Source of the DNA: Bacteroides sp.
GTDB lineage: Bacteria > Bacteroidota > Bacteroidia > Bacteroidales > Muribaculaceae
Direction of reading: 5' to 3'
Length of the DNA stretch: 64,000 nucleotides
Assembly (NCBI GenBank): GCA_014802015.1
Contig: JAAVDB010000001.1
Coordinates: forward strand, 25,856 to 89,855
The notes beneath the pieces are model-generated. The model did not search any database, was not told where the DNA came from, and saw nothing but the letters and a program-made list of their open reading frames with translations. Shown here piece by piece: positions 50,141 through 58,303 of this stretch (positions are counted from its first letter, which is position 1; each line of letters starts with the position of its first letter). Both the position numbers and the translations under genes were made by a program.

Positions 50141-51575
50141 CTATCACTGGCAACTGTTCCTGCCCATCGCACTGTGTCTGTGCGTAGTGTTCGGACTCAT
50201 CATCTGGTATCAGTATAAGCGTGAGGCGGATTATCGTGCCGAGATGCTCACGTCGCAACTCGACATGATCAACCGTCGTGTGCTCAAGGCCTACGAGAAT
50301 GACCAGACGATACGCCCGTTGTATGTGTTCCTGTCGTCCTATTTCGCAGGTTCGGTATACGAGGATGTACGCATCACCGTATATCAGAATGACGGTACGC
50401 TGAAATATTCGCTCGGTATCCCGATGCCGTTTTCGTCTGATGACCTCAAGGTGGTCAAGCGTATCGACACCGGCGATTATGGCCGTGACGTGGTGAGCGA
50501 TCCTAGCGGTGACACTTTCTTCATAAGCCGCGCTGCCAGCCCTGACGGCAGGATTATCGTGCTGTCGGCGCTGCCGTTTGATGCCGATGTCAGTGATGCC
50601 ATCGATGTTGATTCGACCGTGTGGCTGGTGATCATATCGTGCATGATATTTACGCTGTTCATAGCATATTATTTCACGCACATGCTCACGCGCAGTGTCA
50701 CGCTGCTCAAGGACTTCGCCTACCGTGCGGCTACCGGCGGTCACTTCACGGGCTATGACAAATTTCCCCGTAATGAGCTTGGCGACATCTCGCGTCAGAT
50801 CGTCGCGCTGTACAACGAGCGCGAGCGGGCCATCGAGCAGATTCGCAAGGAGCGAAAGGTGGCCATACACGCCATCGAGGAGAAGGCGCGTGTCACCCGT
50901 CAGATGACCAATAATATCAACCATGAGATAAAGACTCCTGTCGGCATCGTGCGCGGTTATCTGGAGTCGATACTCGGTGATCCGGATATGGATAGCGCCA
51001 CACGCACGCGTTTCCTCGAACGTATGCTCTCCAATATCGAACGTCTCACCAACCTGCTCAACGATGTCTCGACCATGACCAGACTTGAGAATGGCGGAGA
51101 TAAGATAGCCGTGGCCAAGGTGGATATGTATGACCTCGTGTATCAGATTGACTACGACATGCCGGCCAATAATCTCGCCGGTTCGCTGGAATTTTCGTTC
51201 GATATACCTCTGGAGTGTTATGTGGCAGGTAACTACGGACTTATCAACGGCATGATATGCAGTCTGATACGTAACGCCGCAATGTACTCGGGCGGTACCA
51301 AGGTCGGCATCCGTCTTATATCGGAGAGCGATCGTTTCTACATGTTCGCGTTCTATGATAATGGCAAGGGTGTGGCTGAGGAGCATATACCGCATCTGTT
51401 CGAGCGATTCTTCAGGGTCGATACCGGCCGCTCGCGCAAACAGGGTGGTACGGGACTCGGTCTGCCTATCGTCCGCAGTACAGTCATAACGCATGGTGGT
51501 ACAATATCTGTACACAACCGGTCTACCGGAGGCCTTGAATTTATCTTCTCGCTGCCCAAATGGACTGGCGATTGA
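50118..51575 (+). CDS. PhoR-like membrane sensor histidine kinase
   Basis: Two TM helices, H-box NHEIKTP, N-box RNA, DNGKG, FERFFRVD, GGTGLGL. Start ATG 50118 overlaps the regulator gene. Confidence 0.93.
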   Translation: MVLKRRINYHWQLFLPIALCLCVVFGLIIWYQYKREADYRAEMLTSQLDMINRRVLKAYENDQTIRPLYVFLSSYFAGSVYEDVRITVYQNDGTLKYSLGIPMPFSSDDLKVVKRIDTGDYGRDVVSDPSGDTFFISRAASPDGRIIVLSALPFDADVSDAIDVDSTVWLVIISCMIFTLFIAYYFTHMLTRSVTLLKDFAYRAATGGHFTGYDKFPRNELGDISRQIVALYNERERAIEQIRKERKVAIHAIEEKARVTRQMTNNINHEIKTPVGIVRGYLESILGDPDMDSATRTRFLERMLSNIERLTNLLNDVSTMTRLENGGDKIAVAKVDMYDLVYQIDYDMPANNLAGSLEFSFDIPLECYVAGNYGLINGMICSLIRNAAMYSGGTKVGIRLISESDRFYMFAFYDNGKGVAEEHIPHLFERFFRVDTGRSRKQGGTGLGLPIVRSTVITHGGTISVHNRSTGGLEFIFSLPKWTGD

Positions 51576-51595
51576 GATTGGTTTATATTATATAT

Positions 51596-51997
51596 TTAAC
51601 TACATGACAAAAAATTGAAAACATCGAATTTGGGAGTATAAGTCGGACGTAGAAGTATTGTTGTAATCTCCTCCAGTCCATACTTTACAAGTGACTTAGC
51701 TTTCCTTCCGTGTTTCAAGATTCTTATCGGTTTAATATTTATATCTTTATTTTCGCCAACGAGATACGCCCATACAAGCGCCATGCAGACCATCGCAACA
51801 AGCCTTGCGATACGGTTCATGTCGCGCATGTGAGTGTCCTCGATATTGAATCCTGAGGATTTCTGGCTCTAAAAGCCGTCTCGATCTCCCTGCGTTTCTT
51901 ATAGGTCAAAATGACTCCTTCGGGACGGTTGAAACATAGGAGAATCTGCAATTCCGGTATACCATCGGAGTTTTTGATCCGGCTTCCGGTAAGATAG
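51596..51997 (-). mobile_element. 5'-truncated, frameshifted IS4-family transposase remnant
   Basis: Minus strand reads YLTGSRIKNSDGIPELQIL...YKKRREIETAFRA / frameshift near 51864 / KSSGFNIEDTHMRD...KHGRKAKSLVKYGLE..FNFLSCS*, containing the IS4 Y-(2)-R-(3)-E-(6)-K signature. Confidence 0.8.
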
Positions 51998-52095
51998 GTG
52001 TATTTAACTGCCTGAAAAATTAAATACTTGATAGTATAAATTTAATTTTTGTCATATACTAAACCTTTGTGTAAATTTTTGAAATTTCACTGACC

Positions 52096-53592
52096 ATGAA
52101 AACTGTATCCTGCACCCGCAATGTTTTGCGTCAGGCTATCGTCCTCTGTATGATGTTGCTGGCTTGCGTATTACATGCCGCCTCTCTATCTGACTTTGCA
52201 AAACCCTATTCCGACCTCCCGTTCAAGACCGAGCCTGTCAATCCACCCGTCATCCCCGATCTGACGGTTTTGCTGGCTGATTACGGAGGTAAAGGTGACG
52301 GTTACACTCTCAACACCGAAGCCTTCGGCCGAGCCCTCGATGATCTTGAGAAACGCGGAGGCGGCCACCTTGTAGTGACTGAGGGCGTGTGGGTGACAGG
52401 CCCTATTGCCATGCGTAGCAATGTAGACCTCCATATAGTCAAAGACGCTATCATACTTTTCTCACCCGACAAATCTCTTTATCCCATACTTCCTCCCGAC
52501 GAGGGCACCGGCGGACAGCTCTGCACAGCTCCCATTTCAGCCACACATATCTCAAACTTCTCAATCACCGGCCAGGGTATCATCGACGGCAACGGTGAGG
52601 CATGGCGACCGGTCAAGCGCTTTAAGGTGAGCGATGCCGAGTGGGCCAAAATGAAACGACTCGGTCTGAGGGAAGTGACTGAGGAAGGCCGTCAGGTCTA
52701 CTATCCCACGGTGGGCAACCCTGACGGCAACCTCCACACCAAGCGTCCGCGACTGCTCCGCTTCATAGGCTGTTCCAACTTTATGGTACAGGGTGTCGTG
52801 GTGCAGAACTCTCCGAGTTTTCATGTCAATATGATACTTTGCGACCATTTCATCCTCGATGGTATAATGGTGCGTTGTCCCTGGAATGCGCAGAACGGTG
52901 ACGGCATAGATCTCAGCTCCTGCCATCATGCATTGCTCACAGGCTGTTCGGTAGATGCGGGCGACGACTCCATCTGCATGAAAAGCGGCATTGGCGATGT
53001 CGGACGCTCCCGCGGAGCCACCCACGACATAGTCATCGATGGTTGCACCGTTTTCCATGGACATGGCGGTTTTGTGATCGGATCAGACACCGGCGGTGGC
53101 ATGAAAGACATCATGGTGCGCAACTGCCGTTTCATCGACACCGACACCGGCATACGCATCAAGAGCGGCCGCGACCGTGGCGGCCTTGTCAGCGACGTCT
53201 GGATCGAGAATATCGTCATGTGTGACATAGCCGACGAGGCTATCCTTTTTGATTGTTATTATCAGGAGAAAGTCGGAGATGCCCGCGATGTCGAGGCCAA
53301 ACCCGTCACGGCCGACACTCCCCGTTTTCGCGACGTACATATCAAGGACATAGTCTGCACCGATGCCGCCCGCGCAATTCTCGTAAAAGGTCTGCCTGAG
53401 ATGCCTGTGGCCAATATCACCATCAGCGACGCAGTCATTACCGCCCGCTCGGGAGCTGTTATCAATCATGCCCGCGATATTACGTTGCGCGATGTCACCC
53501 TCGTCCTCCCTGTCGGAGATGCCGTGACTTCCCATAATGCCGACGGTCTTGTGACACCCGGGCTGAAAATCATAGAACTCAAAAATCAATAA
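52096..53592 (+). CDS. Glycoside hydrolase family 28 (polygalacturonase-like)
   Basis: Signal peptide, catalytic motifs NGDGID, GDD, GHG, RIKS. Confidence 0.92.
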   Translation: MKTVSCTRNVLRQAIVLCMMLLACVLHAASLSDFAKPYSDLPFKTEPVNPPVIPDLTVLLADYGGKGDGYTLNTEAFGRALDDLEKRGGGHLVVTEGVWVTGPIAMRSNVDLHIVKDAIILFSPDKSLYPILPPDEGTGGQLCTAPISATHISNFSITGQGIIDGNGEAWRPVKRFKVSDAEWAKMKRLGLREVTEEGRQVYYPTVGNPDGNLHTKRPRLLRFIGCSNFMVQGVVVQNSPSFHVNMILCDHFILDGIMVRCPWNAQNGDGIDLSSCHHALLTGCSVDAGDDSICMKSGIGDVGRSRGATHDIVIDGCTVFHGHGGFVIGSDTGGGMKDIMVRNCRFIDTDTGIRIKSGRDRGGLVSDVWIENIVMCDIADEAILFDCYYQEKVGDARDVEAKPVTADTPRFRDVHIKDIVCTDAARAILVKGLPEMPVANITISDAVITARSGAVINHARDITLRDVTLVLPVGDAVTSHNADGLVTPGLKIIELKNQ

Positions 53593-53605
53593 CATTATCT
53601 ATACA

Positions 53606-55084
53606 ATGAAACCAGGACTTCTTATCAAAATGGGGTGTACCACCGTGGCCGGAGCCGTGGCAATGACCTCATGCTCCAAAGCCAAAACTCATGAAGCCAA
53701 GGAGGAAGGAAAGACCCCCAATGTGATCTTCATTCTTGCCGATGACCTCGGCATAGGAGACGTCACCCCCTATGGTCAGAAGCTCATCAAGACCCCTAAT
53801 CTTGACCGTATGGCCGAGGAGGGAATGAAGTTTACACAGTGTTATTCGGGCACAGCTGTCTCGGCTCCCTCCCGTGCGTCGCTCATCACCGGTATGCACA
53901 CGGGCCATACCCATATACGCGGCAATCTCAAGGCCAGTGAGACCGGCGACCCCGAAGGTCAGGCTCCGATGCCCGAAGGCACTTATACCATCGCTCAGAT
54001 GTTCAAGAACGCCGGTTATTCCACGGGCTGTTTCGGCAAGTGGGGACTCGGCTATCCCGGCTCAGAGAGCGATCCCACCAAAGTCGGCTTCGACCACTTC
54101 ATGGGCTACAACTGTCAGACTCTCGCCCACGATTATTATCCCGACCACCTCTGGAGCGACACCACCCGCATAGAGCTTGCCGACAACTACAACCAGGCCG
54201 AGTCGACCTATTCGGCCGATATGATCCATTCACGCGCCATGGATTATATCACCGAGAAGGGCAAGAGCGGTCAGCCATTCTTCGCGTTTCTCACCTACAC
54301 TCTGCCCCATGCCGAGCTTGTGTTGCCCCACGACTCGGTCTATCAGGAATATTGCCGACTGATACCCGAAGCCGACGATATGGCCTGGGCCGAGAGCAAT
54401 CCCAATAAGCGAGGAGCCTACGGCAACACCGAGCGTCCGCTTGCTTCGTTTGCCTCGATGGTGACCCGTCTTGACAGTTATGTGGGCGATGTGCTCGACC
54501 GTCTCAAAGAACTCGGTATCGACGATAACACACTTGTAATCTTCACCTCCGACAACGGACCTCACCGCGAGGGTGGCGCCAATCCCGACTACTTCGATAG
54601 CTACGGCCCCTATCGCGGCATCAAGCGTGATCTCTATGAGGGTGGCATACGCATGCCCTTCATCGCCCGTTATCCCGGCAAGATCAAGGCCGGGACAGAA
54701 AATGATCAGGTTATAGCCTTCTGGGATATGATGCCTACATTTGCATCGCTCGCCGGCTCGACCGACTCCATCACCACCGACGGCATCTCGTTTGTCCCCG
54801 CTCTGATGGGCGCAGAGGGACAGCAGACTCACCCCTACCTTTACTGGGAGTTCCACGAGGAGGGAGGAAAGCAGGCTGTGCGCATGGGTGACTGGAAAGG
54901 TGTGCGACTCAACGTAAGCGATCCCTCCAAGACCACTTTCGAACTCTACGACCTCTCTACTGACATCCATGAGGATAATAATGTGGCAGCCGATCACCCC
55001 GAGATCGTGGCCCGTATCAGCGAACTCATGGATAGCGTGCGCACCCCCAGCACACTCTTCAACTTCCAGCATAAGACCATCTGA
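53606..55084 (+). CDS. Ser-type (formylglycine-dependent) arylsulfatase, lipoprotein
   Basis: Lipobox MTSC, PNVIFILADDLG, SAPSRASLITG, GKWGLG, FTSDNG, YEGGIRMP. Confidence 0.93.
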   Translation: MKPGLLIKMGCTTVAGAVAMTSCSKAKTHEAKEEGKTPNVIFILADDLGIGDVTPYGQKLIKTPNLDRMAEEGMKFTQCYSGTAVSAPSRASLITGMHTGHTHIRGNLKASETGDPEGQAPMPEGTYTIAQMFKNAGYSTGCFGKWGLGYPGSESDPTKVGFDHFMGYNCQTLAHDYYPDHLWSDTTRIELADNYNQAESTYSADMIHSRAMDYITEKGKSGQPFFAFLTYTLPHAELVLPHDSVYQEYCRLIPEADDMAWAESNPNKRGAYGNTERPLASFASMVTRLDSYVGDVLDRLKELGIDDNTLVIFTSDNGPHREGGANPDYFDSYGPYRGIKRDLYEGGIRMPFIARYPGKIKAGTENDQVIAFWDMMPTFASLAGSTDSITTDGISFVPALMGAEGQQTHPYLYWEFHEEGGKQAVRMGDWKGVRLNVSDPSKTTFELYDLSTDIHEDNNVAADHPEIVARISELMDSVRTPSTLFNFQHKTI

Positions 55085-55091
55085 TAATCTG

Positions 55092-56384
55092 ATGCACTCC
55101 CCTTTCACCACGCCTATTTACCTGATGGCCAAGCCGGCCGGTCCGGCTTGTAATCTTGCTTGCCGATATTGCTATTATATTGACAAAAAGAAGACACTCG
55201 GCCACCGGTCATCCTCCACCATGATGTCAAGGCAGGTGCTTGAGGCTTATGTGAAATCTTATATCGAGGCGCAGCCCGTCGACCGTGTCATGTTCACCTG
55301 GCACGGCGGCGAGCCGTTGCTGAGAAGCCGAGAGTTCTATGAGGAGGCCCTCGCGTTGCAGCGACGATATGCCGGAGGCCGTCATGTCGACAACTCCCTG
55401 CAGACCAACGGCACGTTGCTCTCCGACGAATGGTGTCGTTTTTTTCGCGACAACGGTTTTCTGATAGGCCTGTCAATCGACGGTCGGGCAGCCGTGCATG
55501 ACCGCTACCGTCTCACAGCCACCGGGGCTCCGACATCCGATAGTGTGCTACGGGCCGTGGAGATGCTTGATCGCCACGGAGTGGAGTGGAACGCCATGGC
55601 CGTTGTCAACGATGTCAACTCGCGAGATCCCCTGGGCTTCTACTCCTTTTTCCGCGACACCTTGGGATGCCGTTACCTGCAGTTCGCCCCCATAGTCGAG
55701 CGACTCGATGGCTCGGGCCGTCAGTTAGCGCCGTTTGAACCCGGCGGGGAGATTGCCCCTTACAGTGTCGACCCGATAGAGTGGGGGAGATTTCTCAACA
55801 CCATCTTCGACACCTGGGTGTGTCGTGATGTTGGCGAAATGTTCGTGCAGATCTTCGACTCCACTCTCGCTTCCTGGGTGGGTTTGCCACCTGGCACCTG
55901 TGTATTCGGCGAGACCTGCGGCCATTCACCGGTCATGGAGCATAACGGCGACCTCTACACCTGCGACCATTTCGCCTATCCCGGCCACAGACTCGGCAAT
56001 ATCCTTGACACTCCGCTCATTGCGATGGCTATGAGCCACCGGTTACGCACATTCGGAGCCGACAAACGCGACTCCCTGCCGTCGCGCTGCCTGAATTGTG
56101 ACTATCTCCATCTTTGTCACGGCGAGTGTCCTAAAAACCGTATTATCCCTACCGGCGAGCCTCTCGCTGAGTCTCAGGCTCGGTCAGACAATTCATCTGT
56201 CTCCGACCCTCTGCTCGCCACTCCTGCCACCCGTCAGTCAGAGAGGATGCTCAACTATCTCTGTGACGGTTATCATGCCTACTTTGCCCATTCCGCTCCC
56301 TATATGCGGGTCATGGCCGACCTCTATCATCGCGGACTCCCGCCATCGGCCATAATGGATCATTTGAAACACAATCCGATATGA
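55092..56384 (+). CDS. Anaerobic sulfatase-maturating enzyme (radical SAM/SPASM, anSME/ChuR-type)
   Basis: KPAGPACNLACRYCYY, WHGGEP, QTNGTLL, YTCDH, CLNC...CHGECPKNR, NYLC. Start placed at ATG 55092. Confidence 0.92.
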   Translation: MHSPFTTPIYLMAKPAGPACNLACRYCYYIDKKKTLGHRSSSTMMSRQVLEAYVKSYIEAQPVDRVMFTWHGGEPLLRSREFYEEALALQRRYAGGRHVDNSLQTNGTLLSDEWCRFFRDNGFLIGLSIDGRAAVHDRYRLTATGAPTSDSVLRAVEMLDRHGVEWNAMAVVNDVNSRDPLGFYSFFRDTLGCRYLQFAPIVERLDGSGRQLAPFEPGGEIAPYSVDPIEWGRFLNTIFDTWVCRDVGEMFVQIFDSTLASWVGLPPGTCVFGETCGHSPVMEHNGDLYTCDHFAYPGHRLGNILDTPLIAMAMSHRLRTFGADKRDSLPSRCLNCDYLHLCHGECPKNRIIPTGEPLAESQARSDNSSVSDPLLATPATRQSERMLNYLCDGYHAYFAHSAPYMRVMADLYHRGLPPSAIMDHLKHNPI

Positions 56385-57934
56385 AAAAGATATTGATCAC
56401 CCTGTCCCTGCTGTTGGGCGCCGGCTTTCATGCTCTTGCCCTGTCAGACTATCAGGAACTATACAAAGACCTCCCCTTCGAGATGCCTGTGATTTCCAGG
56501 CCTGACTTTGGTCAGCGCTCTGTCAGTGTCGTTGACTACGGCGCTGTTGGCGACGGGGCAACACTTAACACCGAAGCATTCAACAAAGCCATGAAAGAAC
56601 TCTCGGCCCTCGGAGGAGGCACACTCGAAGTCCCCGTGGGAGTGTGGCTCACCGGCCCGATAGAATTTTGTTCAGGCATTAATCTCCATCTCGAGCGCGG
56701 GGCCATCATCTCGTTCTCGACCGACAAGAACCTCTATCCACTCAAAAGCGTAGCCTACGAGGGGTTTGAAGGCTATCGTTGTGCTTCGCCTATCTATGGA
56801 GAAAATCTCACCGACGTGGCCATTACAGGCCAAGGCATCATCGACGGTAACGGTGACGCCTGGCGCTATGTGAGACGCAACAAGACAAATGGCGACCAGT
56901 GGAAACGACTGCTCGCCCAAGGCGGTCTTGTCGACAACGACACGTGGTATCCTTCCGAGGAGTACCGGCGTGGCATGGATCAGCGCAACGGCCTCGGCAA
57001 TCAGAGTGCCATATCCTGCGAGGACGCCTTGGCGATTAAGGATTTCTTCCGGCCCAATATGGTGAAGTTTGTCAATTGCCGTAATCTGCTCCTCGAGGGA
57101 GTGCTGTTTCAGAACTCACCTGCCTGGACTCTCCATCCGCTGATGTGTGAGAATGTCATTATCGATAACGTCTATGTCAAAAATCCGGTCTATTCCCAGA
57201 ACACTGACGCGATGGACATTGAGTCGTGTCGCAATGTCATCTTCACCCGCACCACTCTCGATGTCGGCGACGATGCCATCTGCATCAAGTCGGGCAAAGA
57301 CCTCGTCGGCCGCAAGCGTGCCAAGCCTACCGAGAATGTCATTGTCAGCGGCTGTCGGGTTTTCGAGGGTCATGGAGGTTTTGTCGTGGGTAGCGAGATG
57401 TCGGGAGGTGTCAGAAACATCAGGGTGACCGACTGTGAGTTTGCCGGCACCGACGTGGGTCTGCGCTTCAAGAGCAACCGAGGGCGCGGAGGCATCGTGG
57501 AGAATATCTATATCGACAATATCAATATGTTGAATATAAGTAATGAGGCCTTGCTTTTCGATTTGTATTACTCGGCCAACGGAGGGCCCAAAACCGATGT
57601 CGCTGAGGTTAACGAGGGCACCCCTTGTTTCAGAAACATCAATATCAACGGAGTCACCTCGGCGGCTTCGGGCATATCGGTGAAGTTTAACGGTCTTCCT
57701 GAAATGCCTATCGAAAATATTACTCTCTCCAATTCGTCAATGACCTCGCGTCAGGGTGGTCTGCTGGCAGAGTCTAAACACATACGTTTCGACAACGTCT
57801 CGATTAGCGTCACCGAGGGCCCGGCTCTGATTGTCAGAAATGTCAGCGATGCATCGCTGACGAATTGTCGTTTCAACTCACCCTCCGGTGATGCCGTCAC
57901 CTTTGAAGGCACTAATACCGAAGTGGAGATGTAG
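56381..57934 (+). CDS. Glycoside hydrolase family 28 (polygalacturonase-like), paralog of 52096
   Basis: Signal peptide, NTDAMD, GDD, GHG, RFKS. Confidence 0.92.
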   Translation: MKKILITLSLLLGAGFHALALSDYQELYKDLPFEMPVISRPDFGQRSVSVVDYGAVGDGATLNTEAFNKAMKELSALGGGTLEVPVGVWLTGPIEFCSGINLHLERGAIISFSTDKNLYPLKSVAYEGFEGYRCASPIYGENLTDVAITGQGIIDGNGDAWRYVRRNKTNGDQWKRLLAQGGLVDNDTWYPSEEYRRGMDQRNGLGNQSAISCEDALAIKDFFRPNMVKFVNCRNLLLEGVLFQNSPAWTLHPLMCENVIIDNVYVKNPVYSQNTDAMDIESCRNVIFTRTTLDVGDDAICIKSGKDLVGRKRAKPTENVIVSGCRVFEGHGGFVVGSEMSGGVRNIRVTDCEFAGTDVGLRFKSNRGRGGIVENIYIDNINMLNISNEALLFDLYYSANGGPKTDVAEVNEGTPCFRNININGVTSAASGISVKFNGLPEMPIENITLSNSSMTSRQGGLLAESKHIRFDNVSISVTEGPALIVRNVSDASLTNCRFNSPSGDAVTFEGTNTEVEM

Positions 57935-57958
57935 GGCGTTTCGTGAAATTTACGCGTG

Positions 57959-58001
57959 GAGGCGGTGTCTGATTTTAAAGCGGGACACCGCCTCTGCTTT
58001 T
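57959..58001 (+). terminator. Intrinsic terminator of the GH28-sulfatase operon
   Basis: GAGGCGGTGTC...GACACCGCCTC followed by TGCTTTT. Confidence 0.75.
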
Positions 58002-58173
58002 ATACTATGGCTACTCCTCTCGGCTGGATATAAAAAAATCCGTTGTACCTTTCACCAAGAGACACCGGACTAAGCCAAAAGGCGATTTGAAAAGCCCTAT
58101 TGCGGGCTTTACCCAAATAATATAGAGATTATATCATACGTAATTACGCATACAATATATAGTTCAGAGAATA

Positions 58174-58277
58174 ATCAGGCGCGCTGTCCTCTCTACTTTT
58201 GAGGTCAGCGCGCCTGATGTATATTTACTTAACAAGTAACCAGCCCGTCCGGACTTATGATGTCTGACGGGCTGGTT
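58174..58277 (-). terminator. Two tandem hairpins downstream of the S41 protease gene
   Basis: ATCAGGCGCGCTG/CAGCGCGCCTGAT (58174-58218) and AACCAGCCCGTC/GACGGGCTGGTT (58238-58277). Confidence 0.65.
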
Positions 58278-58303
58278 TAGCTTGTGTGAATGACAGGAGT
58301 GGA

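Noticed and set aside
50124-51515. 463-aa antisense ORF over the histidine kinase, and similar long shadow ORFs (10562-11470, 19312-20082, 54230-55111)
   Set aside because: They mirror well-supported genes codon for codon, have no recognisable motifs, and are expected from the strong codon bias of these genes.
51855-51875. GGCTCTAAA inside the IS remnant as a fourth copy of the 36-bp repeat
   Set aside because: It is only a 9-bp match, lies in transposase coding sequence (AFRA codons), and lacks the ATTTAACATTC arm.
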